This document shows positions 1 through 8,566 of a DNA stretch of 64,000 nt, one piece after another. Each line of letters opens with the position of its first letter. Positions within the stretch are counted from its first letter, which is position 1. Source of the stretch: Pseudomonas aeruginosa PAO1 (GTDB taxonomy: Bacteria; Pseudomonadota; Gammaproteobacteria; Pseudomonadales; Pseudomonadaceae); the NCBI RefSeq assembly GCF_000006765.1, contig NC_002516.2. The stretch is one strand, 5' to 3'. The notes below the pieces were generated by a model. It had not been told where the DNA came from. It ran no database searches and saw only the letters and a program-made list of their open reading frames with translations. Position numbers and translations under genes: made by a program.

Positions 1-352
1 CTGGGCGCGCGAGCGAGAAGCGTTCGGCAAACCGATCGGCAAGTTCCAGGTGCTGCGCCATCGTCTCGCGGAAATGGCCACGCAACTGGAGGTTTCCCGG
101 GAGTTCACCTATCGCCAGGCAGCGAAGATGGCCGCCGGCAAGAGCGTGATCAAGGAGATATCGATGGCCAAGAACTTCGCCACCGATGTCGCCGATCGCC
201 TGACCTATGATGCCGTGCAGGTGCTCGGCGGCATGGGCTACATGCGCGAAAGCCTGGTGGAGCGGCTGTATCGCGACAACCGGATTCTCTCCATCGGCGG
301 CGGTTCGCGGGAAATCATGAACGAGATCATCGGCAAGCAGATGGGGTTGTAG
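1..352 (+). CDS. Acyl-CoA dehydrogenase, C-terminal part (5' truncated by window; AtuD-like)
   Basis: Open frame from base 2: WAREREAFGKPIGKFQVLRHRLAEM...QVLGGMGYMRESLVERLYRDNRILSIGGGSREIM, the typical ACAD C-terminus. Confidence 0.9.
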   Translation, partial: WAREREAFGKPIGKFQVLRHRLAEMATQLEVSREFTYRQAAKMAAGKSVIKEISMAKNFATDVADRLTYDAVQVLGGMGYMRESLVERLYRDNRILSIGGGSREIMNEIIGKQMGL

Positions 353-364
353 GGCCGCGTTCTA

Positions 365-904
365 TCAGGTGAAGTCCAGGTCGTAATGCGCCTGGCCACA
401 GTGCAGGCAGTCGAAGCGGTAGATGGCCGGATTGCCGCCGGGCGTATAGGCGTCGACGAGGCGTTGCCAGGTGATAGCCGGCCAGGCGAAATCGGCGAAA
501 CGCTGCGCCAGGCCCTCGGCTCCCAGTTGCCCGATTTCCTCACGCCCCGCGTCGCCGCGAAAGGCGCAGGCATCCTCGCAGCAAACCAGCCAGCGCTCCT
601 GCTGCCAGGAGGTGTAGCCGGGCGTGCGCTCGCAGACTTCGGTGACGATATCCGCGGCGACGCCGGCGTCGAGCAGCGGATAGTCGTCGGAAAAGCTCGC
701 TTCGTAGCGCGCGGCCGCGCTGCCGTCGGCTATGCACCAGGGGCAAAGGCTGCCGGGCGGCAACTCGTGGCGGGAATAGGGCGAACCGGTGTAGACGTAG
801 CCACGAGCCTTGCCACAGCACTGGCAGGTGGTGGCGGAAGCCTCGATGCTGCCGCTGGCGAGCGGTTCGGGATGGTAGCGGAAGTGAGGAAGGGGAGGGT
901 TCAT
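365..904 (-). CDS. CbrC/UPF0167-family cysteine-rich protein
   Basis: FRYHPEP, CQCCG, LCPWCIADG and RTPGYTSWQQERWL motifs; 179 aa. Confidence 0.75.
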   Translation of the reverse strand: MNPPLPHFRYHPEPLASGSIEASATTCQCCGKARGYVYTGSPYSRHELPPGSLCPWCIADGSAAARYEASFSDDYPLLDAGVAADIVTEVCERTPGYTSWQQERWLVCCEDACAFRGDAGREEIGQLGAEGLAQRFADFAWPAITWQRLVDAYTPGGNPAIYRFDCLHCGQAHYDLDFT

Positions 905-977
905 GACGGCCGTGCCCTGGAGACTGGCCGTCGAGTATGACGTGCCGGGCAGCCTAGCGGCTACCCGGCGGGCCTGT

Positions 978-1865
978 TCACTCGCTGGCTTCGCGGGCGC
1001 CCTGGGGGCTCTTCGGGCGCGGCGCGAAGCGCGCTGCCAGGCGCATGCTGGCGGTGACCAGGCGCTGGTAGAGCACTGGTGCCAGGCGCAGCATCACGTC
1101 GATCGCGTGGGCGTCGGTGCCGATCAGGATGCGCCGGCTGTCGCGCTGCACGCCGCGCAGGATGACCTGGGCGGCCTTCTCCGGGGTGGTCCGCAGCAAC
1201 TGGTCGTTGAATTGCTCGCGAGCCTTGTCCGGAGCCTGGCCGGTGACCTTGGCCATGCTCTCGTTCATTCGCGCGGTCTTGGCGATGTTGGTCTTGATCC
1301 CGCCGGGATGCACGCAACTGGCGGAGACGCCGGAGTCCTCCATGTCCAGTTCCTGGCGCAACGACTCGGTGAAGCCGCGCACCGCGTACTTGGTGGCGTT
1401 GTAGGCGCTCATGCCGGGCTGGGCGAACAGCCCGAAGACGCTGGAGACATTGACCACGTGGCCGTTGCCGGAGGCCTTCAGGTGCGGAAGGAACGCCTTG
1501 GTGCCGTTCACCACGCCCCAGAAGTTGATGTTCATGATCCACTCGTATTCCGAGTAGTCGCTGCCTTCCACGGTACCTGCGTGGGCGACGCCCGCGTTGT
1601 TGAAAATCAGGTTCACCCGGCCATGTTCGCTGGCCGCCTTGTCGGCCCAGGCCTGCACCTGCTCGCGGTCGGCCACGTCGACGACCGCGGTGGAGACGCG
1701 TACCCCGCTGCTGGCGAGCAATTGGCGGGTTTCCTCGAGAGCTGCGGCATTGACGTCGGCCAGGGCCAGGTGACAACCCTGCCTGCCCAGCTCCACGGCC
1801 AGGGCGCGACCGATGCCCGAGCCTGCGCCGGTGATGGCGGCGACTTTGTTTTCGAACGACTTCAT
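978..1865 (-). CDS. Short-chain dehydrogenase/reductase
   Basis: Starts MKSFENK; TGAGSGIG, NNAG and YNATK motifs; ATGA overlap with the upstream monooxygenase stop; 295 aa. Confidence 0.9.
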   Translation of the reverse strand: MKSFENKVAAITGAGSGIGRALAVELGRQGCHLALADVNAAALEETRQLLASSGVRVSTAVVDVADREQVQAWADKAASEHGRVNLIFNNAGVAHAGTVEGSDYSEYEWIMNINFWGVVNGTKAFLPHLKASGNGHVVNVSSVFGLFAQPGMSAYNATKYAVRGFTESLRQELDMEDSGVSASCVHPGGIKTNIAKTARMNESMAKVTGQAPDKAREQFNDQLLRTTPEKAAQVILRGVQRDSRRILIGTDAHAIDVMLRLAPVLYQRLVTASMRLAARFAPRPKSPQGAREASE

Positions 1866-3406
1866 GCGGGTACCCCTTCGGCCTGTTGGCGGGCTTCGTT
1901 GCTCAGGGCGGCGAGCGGTGTCGTGGTGAGGTGGTAGGCGGAGGCGTCGAACTGCCGGGTCAGGGCACGGAAGCGCCAGGTGAATCCCGGCCACAGGGTG
2001 CAGTTGCGGCCGCTGACCGGATGCAGGTACCAGCTCTTGCAACCGCCCACGCTCCAGACGCTGCGGTCCAGCTTGCGCTGGAGGTATTCGTTGTAGCGTT
2101 CCTGCACCGGGGCCTTGACCTCGAGACTGAGCAGTTCGCGGCGCTTCATCAGCTTCAGCGCATCGAGGACGTAGGCGATCTGCGACTCGATCATGTAGAC
2201 CATCGAGTTGTGGCCGAGGCCGGTGTTCGGTCCCATCAGGAAGAACAGGTTGGGGAAGCCGGCGGTGGTAGTGCCCTTGTAGGCTTCCGGGCCCTTGCTC
2301 CAGCTGTCCAGCAGGTCGCGGCCGTCGCGACCGAAGACCACTCCGCGGGGGATAGGGTCGTTGGCGGTGAAGCCGGTACCGAAGATGATCGCGTCGACCT
2401 CGCGTTCCCGGCCGTTGCCGTCGACGATTCCATTGGCGGTGACGGCGCGGATGCCTTCGGTGATCACCGTGGAGTTGGCGGCAGCCAGGGCAGGGTAGTA
2501 GTTGTGCGACATGAGGATGCGCTTGCAGCCGATGGTGTAGTCCGGCGTGACCTTGCGGCGCAGTTCCGGATCCTTGATCTGCTTGTGGATGTGGCGGATC
2601 GCCAGGCGCTGCACCAGCTTCATTACCTGCGGGGCGAAGGTGAAGCCCAGCACCCGCCCTTCGAGCAGGCTGTAGAGGCCGCCGCGCCAGAGCTTCTGCA
2701 CCAGCGGGAAGCGCCGGAAGCGCCGGCGCTCGGTTTCGCTGATTGCCCGGTCGGGTTTGGGCAGGATCCATGGCGGAGTGCGCTGGTAGAGATCGAGCGC
2801 GGCCACCAGCGGCTGGATCTCCGGGACGAACTGGATCGCCGAGGCGCCGGTGCCGATCACCGCCACGCGCTTGCCCTTGAGGTCGTAGTCATGGTCCCAC
2901 TGCTGGGAATGGAAGACCTTGCCCTGGAAGTTCTCCAGGCCATCGAGGCGTGGATAGGCCGGGGTGGACAGGCCGCCCATGCCGGAAACCACGGCGTTCG
3001 CGGTGTAATGGTTGCCCTGGGCGTCATGCAGGTGCCAGAGGCTTTGCCGCTCGTCCCAGGCCAGTTTGCCGATCTCGGTGTTCAGCAGGGTCTTTTCCTG
3101 CAAGCGGTATTTTTCCCAGCACTTCTCCAGATAGGCGCGGATTTCCGGCTGGCGGGCGAACATCCGCGTCCACTCCGGGTTCGCTTCGAAGGAGAAGGAA
3201 TAGACGTGGGATTGCACGTCGCAGGCGCAACCAGGGTAGTTGTTGACTCTCCAGGTGCCGCCGACGCCGGCGTCCTTTTCGAAGATCAGGAAGTCGTCCT
3301 CGCCTTCCTGGCGGAGACGGATCGCCATCCCCAGCCCGGAGAAACCGGTGCCGATGATGGCGACCTTGCAGTGCCGGGCGGCGGCAGGGGTGGGTTGGGT
3401 ACTCAT
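1862..3406 (-). CDS. Flavin-containing monooxygenase, type I Baeyer-Villiger fingerprint
   Basis: GTGFSG and GTGASA Rossmann motifs; FQGKVFHSQQWD matches FxGxxxHxxxW(P/D); AGGAG RBS before MSTQPT. Confidence 0.88.
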   Translation of the reverse strand: MSTQPTPAAARHCKVAIIGTGFSGLGMAIRLRQEGEDDFLIFEKDAGVGGTWRVNNYPGCACDVQSHVYSFSFEANPEWTRMFARQPEIRAYLEKCWEKYRLQEKTLLNTEIGKLAWDERQSLWHLHDAQGNHYTANAVVSGMGGLSTPAYPRLDGLENFQGKVFHSQQWDHDYDLKGKRVAVIGTGASAIQFVPEIQPLVAALDLYQRTPPWILPKPDRAISETERRRFRRFPLVQKLWRGGLYSLLEGRVLGFTFAPQVMKLVQRLAIRHIHKQIKDPELRRKVTPDYTIGCKRILMSHNYYPALAAANSTVITEGIRAVTANGIVDGNGREREVDAIIFGTGFTANDPIPRGVVFGRDGRDLLDSWSKGPEAYKGTTTAGFPNLFFLMGPNTGLGHNSMVYMIESQIAYVLDALKLMKRRELLSLEVKAPVQERYNEYLQRKLDRSVWSVGGCKSWYLHPVSGRNCTLWPGFTWRFRALTRQFDASAYHLTTTPLAALSNEARQQAEGVPA

Positions 3407-3437
3407 GGCCAAGCTCCTGTTATGATTGTTTGCTGGC

Positions 3438-3477
3438 GTATACACTCGTCTACCTGCGAATGTAGACATCTGTATAC
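3438..3477. promoter_or_regulatory. Two inverted 16-bp imperfect palindromes, candidate TetR (FabR/DesT-like) operators
   Basis: GTATACACTCGTCTAC (3438-3453) and GTAGACATCTGTATAC (3462-3477) lie between the divergent monooxygenase and TetR genes. Confidence 0.6.
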
Positions 3478-3558
3478 TTCAGGGTCAAGCCAACCTTAGG
3501 TAGGGTCGGCGCGGCGCAACGGCCGAACTTGTGGCGCATGGAAACAACCAGGTGGAAC

Positions 3559-4407
3559 ATGAGCGATATGAACGAAACGAAGGACAGGGTTGCCGACGCT
3601 CCCGGCAAACGCGCCTTGCTGGAGGCGGCCTTGCGCCTGGGCAGCAGCAGCCGCAGCCTGGGGGCCATCGGCTTGCGCGAGCTGGCGCGCGAGGCGGGCC
3701 TGAATCCGAACACCTTCTATCGGCATTTCCGCGATATCGACGATCTTGGCCTGACCATGATCCGCGACATCTCTACCCAGCTGCGCCAGCCGCTGCGCCA
3801 GCTTCGCCGCGAGGCCGCGACTCGTGCGGCGCCCGGCGCCCGAGCGCAGACGACGCCGTTCGGGCTGGACCTGGAAAGGGGGCGGCGGGTCTGCCGGGAG
3901 ACGGTGCGGCTGTTCTTCGACTTCGTGGAGAGCAATCCCGCCGCGTTCATCGTCGGCGTGCGTGAACTGCATGGGGCTTCGCCGGTGCTGCGTGGTGCCC
4001 TGCGTCAGATCATGGATGAGTTCGCCGAGGACATGTCGGAGGACATCATCGAATTCAGGTTGTTGCCGGCGGTGAGCGAGGCGACCATCCGTCGCCTCTC
4101 CAGCCTGATCGGCCGCCAGCTGTTTCAGTTGTCGCTGGACTATATCGGCCAGCCGGAGCGGCGTCGGGAAATCTGCGCCCTGGGTGAGGAACAGATACTG
4201 CTGTTGTTCACCGGCGCCGCGGTCCTGCAGATGATGGGCGTTTCGTTGGACGCCGAGGCGTCAGGCCAGCTTGAGCAGGCTCATGCCGGCCAGCAGCAGC
4301 AACAGGCCGAGCCAGCCGCGCCAGGCCAGGCGCTGGCCGAACAGCGCCCAGCCCATGGCGACGGTGGCGAGGATGCCGAAGCCGCCCCAGATCGCATAGG
4401 CGAGTGA
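3559..4407 (+). CDS. TetR-family regulator (FabR/DesT-like)
   Basis: HTH region [27 protein letters not shown]; the C-terminal 49 codons overlap mdtI on the opposite strand; start could be 3559 or 3568. Confidence 0.85.
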   Translation: MSDMNETKDRVADAPGKRALLEAALRLGSSSRSLGAIGLRELAREAGLNPNTFYRHFRDIDDLGLTMIRDISTQLRQPLRQLRREAATRAAPGARAQTTPFGLDLERGRRVCRETVRLFFDFVESNPAAFIVGVRELHGASPVLRGALRQIMDEFAEDMSEDIIEFRLLPAVSEATIRRLSSLIGRQLFQLSLDYIGQPERRREICALGEEQILLLFTGAAVLQMMGVSLDAEASGQLEQAHAGQQQQQAEPAAPGQALAEQRPAHGDGGEDAEAAPDRIGE

Positions 4408-4590
4408 CAGCTCGATGTCCTTCACCGCCTGCGCCAGCGCGGTGAAGGCGGCCATCACGCAGAGGATCGAGGCGATCCCGAGGCCGCGCCTGCGGAAACC
4501 GTCGGAGTATTTCAACAGCAGGTTGGCGACGACCTCGAGGGCGATTGCCAGGCCGAGCCAGGCGAAGGGAATCCAGTTCAGGGTCAGCAT
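4261..4590 (-). CDS. mdtI: SMR-family efflux subunit (MdtI-like)
   Basis: 109 aa, four hydrophobic segments, conserved TM1 Glu (LEVVAN), [10 protein letters not shown]; paired with the upstream SMR gene. Confidence 0.8.
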   Translation of the reverse strand: MLTLNWIPFAWLGLAIALEVVANLLLKYSDGFRRRGLGIASILCVMAAFTALAQAVKDIELSLAYAIWGGFGILATVAMGWALFGQRLAWRGWLGLLLLLAGMSLLKLA

Positions 4591-4952
4591 GTGACGGCCT
4601 CCCCACGGGACTGCGCCGGCGTGCCGCTGGCGTTGCGGGTGCCGGACTTGATCAGCAGGATGCCGGCGATCATCACGCCGAGGCCGACGGCCTTGTACAG
4701 GCCGATGCTTTCGCCCAGCCAGGCGACGCTGACCGCCGTGATCAGGACGATGCCAATGCCTTCCCAAAGGGCGTAGGCGACTCCGACGGGGACACGCTTG
4801 ACCGCCAGGGCGAGGAAGAAATAGGACAGGCCGATCATCCCGTACATCAGCAGCATGCCTGCGACAGGGGCGTGGGTGGCGGCCAGTTTCATCGAGGTGG
4901 TGCCGATCACTTCGGCGCCGATAGCCAGTAACAGATAGATCCAGGAACGCAT
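4584..4952 (-). CDS. mdtJ: SMR-family efflux subunit (MdtJ-like)
   Basis: [18 protein letters not shown] and [11 protein letters not shown]; longer C-tail typical of MdtJ; 122 aa. Confidence 0.8.
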   Translation of the reverse strand: MRSWIYLLLAIGAEVIGTTSMKLAATHAPVAGMLLMYGMIGLSYFFLALAVKRVPVGVAYALWEGIGIVLITAVSVAWLGESIGLYKAVGLGVMIAGILLIKSGTRNASGTPAQSRGEAVTC

Positions 4953-5080
4953 GTTGCCCTCCCATGGGCACCGCGGAATGGAGGCCGCGGCCAAAGATGA
5001 CGAAGAGCGGTGGCGAGGGGCGGGAAAGACCGCGAAGCGCAGGGGCGGTCGCCACCGACAGCAGGTGTCGAGGGAGGGAG

Positions 5081-5167
5081 CTAGAGGTCGCCGGTCCAGT
5101 GACGCTCGTGGGAGACCAGACGGGAAGTGGGGAGAGGTAATGCCTTGGTGTTCAACATAATGAACAT
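5081..5167 (-). CDS. Putative 28-aa leader peptide upstream of mdtJI ([28 protein letters not shown])
   Basis: Minus strand reads CTGAGGTAATATC-ATG...CTC-TAG; GAGG RBS; below the ORF-track size cut-off. Confidence 0.55.
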   Translation of the reverse strand: MFIMLNTKALPLPTSRLVSHERHWTGDL

Positions 5168-5300
5168 GATATTACCTCAGGGCATCGTAAAAAGCCAATC
5201 GATAGGAATTGACTAATTATTTCCTCCGTAAAATGGCGGATTCAGAAACGGTAGTCGAAACGGAGGCTTTTCCGTGTGCAATATCCTGTTCTTCTCTCGA

Positions 5301-5328
5301 ATAAGAAACGCCAGGCGGGGCCTGGCGT
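5301..5328 (-). terminator. Intrinsic terminator after the metal-binding protein gene
   Basis: ACGCCAGG-CCCCG-CCTGGCGT followed by TTCTTAT on the minus strand. Confidence 0.65.
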
Positions 5329-5360
5329 CGGGGGCGGAGCGGCACTGGCGGAGGCGGGCT

Positions 5361-6197
5361 TCAATCGGCGAAGGCCAGTTTGTCCTTCCAGTATTTCTCC
5401 AGTTTCGCGGTGTCGTGGTCGCTGGGGTGGAAGCCCGGCCGGTAGTAGTCCAGGTAGGGCAGCAGCAGGCGGGTGAAGAAGCCCTTGCGCAGGCCGAACA
5501 GGGTGCCCAGGCCATGCTTCCAGGAGCGCCAGTTGAACAATTGGCCGTCCTTGCGTAGCAGGTCGAGCTGGAACCAGCCGATGACGCCGAAGAACATCAG
5601 GGTGGTCAGCATCATCACCAGAACCCGGGTGAAGTAGCCGCCGTAGACTTTCTGGTACACATCGTAGGCGACGTTCTTGTGTTCGTTCTCCTCGATGGCA
5701 TGCCACATCCACAGCTTGTACATCTTCGGCGACTGCATCTGGATGGTCAGGTCTTCGCGCTTGAGCAGCTGCGCGGCCATGGTCGCGGTGAAATGCTCGA
5801 GGGCGCAGGTGATCGCCAACTGGTGTTTCCTGGTGGTGACCTTGCTGACGTTTTCCAGCAGGACCTTGATCCGCAGTTCGAGGCACTCCAGGTCGACCCC
5901 GTGCTCCTCGGCATATTCGTTGTAGGCGGCATGCTCCTTCGAGTGCATCGCCTCCTGGCCGATGAAGGCACTGACGTCCTTCTTCAGTTGCGGATCCTCC
6001 AGGCGGTCGCGCACCGCGCGTACGCTATCGACGAAGAATTTTTCGCCGTAGGGGAAGAGCGAGGACAGGTTGTTCATGAACTGGGTCATGAAGGGTTGGC
6101 CGTCCCACCAGTACTTCGGGGTTTCGCTGAAGCTGAAATCCATCCGCCGCACGGGGAAATTGGCGCGAACCGGGGAGGCGGTGCCAGTGGCAGTCAT
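5361..6197 (-). CDS. Predicted metal-dependent hydrolase family protein (ferritin-like, ExxH motifs)
   Basis: PVRRMDF, FPYGEKFFVDSVR, GQEAMHSKEH and WHAIEENEHK motifs; AAGGAG RBS before MTATG; 278 aa. Confidence 0.75.
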   Translation of the reverse strand: MTATGTASPVRANFPVRRMDFSFSETPKYWWDGQPFMTQFMNNLSSLFPYGEKFFVDSVRAVRDRLEDPQLKKDVSAFIGQEAMHSKEHAAYNEYAEEHGVDLECLELRIKVLLENVSKVTTRKHQLAITCALEHFTATMAAQLLKREDLTIQMQSPKMYKLWMWHAIEENEHKNVAYDVYQKVYGGYFTRVLVMMLTTLMFFGVIGWFQLDLLRKDGQLFNWRSWKHGLGTLFGLRKGFFTRLLLPYLDYYRPGFHPSDHDTAKLEKYWKDKLAFAD

Positions 6198-6436
6198 GGC
6201 TAACTCCTTTTGTTGTTCTGGGGAGGGGAAACGCACAGGTTTCCTCGGGTTCCCTATGGCGAGTTCGCTATAACACCTCTGAATGTGTCATTAGCTGATG
6301 TAATTATTGCAGGATTGTCCAACAGCGGGAGGTCATTCCTGGCCATTTCGAAGTCATTAATGGCCAGGTCGGCTCGACCAGACGGAAGATGGGGCGCAAG
6401 GAGCGAGCGCGGGGCGCCAGGGCGCCCCCCGGCGTA

Positions 6437-6985
6437 TCAACGCTCGTCGAGAGCGAACGCGGTGAGACTGAAGGTGGAGATGCCGGCGTCCTGCAGGCGA
6501 GTGGAGCCGCCGAGTTCCGGCAGGTCGATGATCGCCGCGGCCTCGAAGACCCTGGCCCCGAGGCGTCGTACCAGGCTCGCGGCCGCCAGCAGGGTCCCGC
6601 CGGTGGCGATGAGGTCGTCGAAGATCAGTACGCTGTCGCCTTCGCAGAGGCTGTCGGCATGTACTTCGAGGAAGGCCTCGCCGTATTCGGTCTGGTAGCC
6701 CTCGGCGAGTACGTCGGCGGGTAGCTTGCCCTGCTTGCGGAACAGGACCAGCGGCTTGTTCAGCGCATAGGCCACCGCCGAGCCGATGAGGAAGCCGCGG
6801 GCATCCATGGCGCCGATGTGGCTGAAATCGGCCTCGATGTAGCGCTGGACGAAGCTGTCCACGGTCATGCGCAGCGCGCGTGGCGACTGGAACAGCGGGG
6901 TGATGTCGCGGAACACCACGCCGGGCTTGGGAAAGTCCGGCACGGCGCGGATCTGCGACTTGAGGGTGAACTCGTCGAAAATCAT
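6437..6985 (-). CDS. apt: Adenine phosphoribosyltransferase
   Basis: [17 protein letters not shown] and [13 protein letters not shown]-binding loop; 182 aa from MIFDEF. Confidence 0.95.
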   Translation of the reverse strand: MIFDEFTLKSQIRAVPDFPKPGVVFRDITPLFQSPRALRMTVDSFVQRYIEADFSHIGAMDARGFLIGSAVAYALNKPLVLFRKQGKLPADVLAEGYQTEYGEAFLEVHADSLCEGDSVLIFDDLIATGGTLLAAASLVRRLGARVFEAAAIIDLPELGGSTRLQDAGISTFSLTAFALDER

Positions 6986-7070
6986 GGAAGATCCTGGGCT
7001 GGGCGTTTTTCGGGGCCCATCATACAACGGGCCCGCGCTGAGGCGGGCCCGTTGGCGGTTCGCAGGCGCT

Positions 7071-7805
7071 TCAGCCTTCCAGCTGGCCGCCGGCGAGGGC
7101 GCACAGCTCGATGGAGTCGAGGATGTGCACTTCCTTGCCTTCCGCGCTGATCAGGCCGTTCTGCTGGAAGCGGGTGAAGACCCGCGACACGGTTTCCACG
7201 GCCAGGCCGAGATAGTTGCCGATCTCGTTGCGCGACATGGCCAGGCGGAACTGCTGGGCGGAGAAGCCACGGGCACGGAAGCGCGCCGACAGGTTGACCA
7301 GGAAGGTGGCGATGCGCTCGTCGGCAGTCTTCTTCGACAGCAGCAGCATCATCTGCTGGTCATCGCGGATTTCCCGGCTCATCAGACGCATCAGTTGACG
7401 GCGCAGCTGCGGCAGCTGCTCGGACAGTTCGTCCAGGCGCTCGAAGGGAATCTCGCAGACCGAGGTGGTTTCCAGGGCCTGGGCGGATACCGGATAGGTC
7501 TCGGTATCCATCCCGGACAGGCCGACCAGCTCGCTGGGCAGGTGGAAGCCGGTGATCTGCTCTTCGCCGGCATCGGTGATGCTGAAGGTTTTCAGGGCGC
7601 CGGAGCGCACGGCAAAGACCGAGCCGAAAGGATCACCCTGGCGGAACAGGAATTCGCCTTTCTTCAGGGGACGACCGCGCTTGACGATCTCGTCCAGCGA
7701 ATCCATGTCTTCCACGGTCAGCGACAGGGGGAGGCACAGCGGGGCCAGACTGCAATCCTTGCAGTGTGCTTGGGGCAGTGCGCGCACCTTGATGGTTTCG
7801 GCCAT
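7071..7805 (-). CDS. anr: Anaerobic regulator ANR (FNR family)
   Basis: N-terminal [10 protein letters not shown], internal [17 protein letters not shown]; 244 aa. Confidence 0.97.
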   Translation of the reverse strand: MAETIKVRALPQAHCKDCSLAPLCLPLSLTVEDMDSLDEIVKRGRPLKKGEFLFRQGDPFGSVFAVRSGALKTFSITDAGEEQITGFHLPSELVGLSGMDTETYPVSAQALETTSVCEIPFERLDELSEQLPQLRRQLMRLMSREIRDDQQMMLLLSKKTADERIATFLVNLSARFRARGFSAQQFRLAMSRNEIGNYLGLAVETVSRVFTRFQQNGLISAEGKEVHILDSIELCALAGGQLEG

Positions 7806-7988
7806 TGAGGGGTCCTTGCTAGGTTAAAGGCACAACAGGAGTAAGGGTAACGCAGCCGCGATGCGGGTGCCAGCCATAGGTCTGGCAACGACCATTTCTG
7901 ACAGGCCGATGGCGTTTCCAATCAGTGACTTGCGTCAAACAACTGCGACTACCTGTCGCACCCTGTCAAGGGGCGACGAAAAGGGGGC

Positions 7989-8015
7989 TCAAGTTCGCGA
8001 CGCGTGGGCCGATCC
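7989..8015 (+). promoter_or_regulatory. Sigma-28 (FliA)-type promoter
   Basis: TCAAG-N14-GCCGATCC upstream of the 8051 ORF. Confidence 0.6.
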
Positions 8016-8050
8016 AATGGAAGAATTCCATTTTTCCCGGAGTGACTGGA

Positions 8051-8518
8051 ATGTTGACCCTCAGTGGCTGGATCACCACCCAGGTGCCGCCCTCATCGCG
8101 CGCCGCCGCGGACGCCAAGGCCGCGCGGACCGGCACCGCCGAGCAGGCGGAAGACCCGGCCGCCGGCACCGACGCCGCCGATCAGCATGTACAGCTTTCC
8201 CAGGCAGGGCGCGAGCTGGCCGCTACCATGGGGGTGCCGGTGGAGGAGGAGGACGAGGATATCCCGCAGGAGTTGCGGCCGATGGTGAAGATGATCCGCG
8301 AGTTGAAGAAGAAGATCGAAGAGAAGCTCAGGGAGCTGCAGGAGGCCATGAGGTCGTCCGATCCGGGGGCGAAGGAGGCTCGCGTGCCTGAGTTGCAGAA
8401 GGAGCTGCAACAACTCAACTCCGCCCTGCAGACGGCGACGGCAGCGATGGCATCGGCCATCAAGGAGATGGGCATCAGCGACCCGGCGCTGATCATGAAG
8501 GTCATGGGCAGCCGGTAG
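8051..8518 (+). CDS. Hypothetical coiled-coil protein, FlxA-like
   Basis: 155 aa from MLTLSG; low-complexity N-terminus, VQLSQAG motif, heptad-rich C-half; start inferred. Confidence 0.65.
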   Translation: MLTLSGWITTQVPPSSRAAADAKAARTGTAEQAEDPAAGTDAADQHVQLSQAGRELAATMGVPVEEEDEDIPQELRPMVKMIRELKKKIEEKLRELQEAMRSSDPGAKEARVPELQKELQQLNSALQTATAAMASAIKEMGISDPALIMKVMGSR

Positions 8519-8566
8519 AAGGGGCGGGGATTCACCGCCCTGTCGTGCGGGCAGGGCGGTGCGCTT

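Noticed and set aside
4953-5200. Guanidine riboswitch upstream of the SMR genes
   Set aside because: No tandem ACGR-loop hairpins or ykkC-type core seen; the SMRs are a paired MdtJ/MdtI type, not a single Gdx
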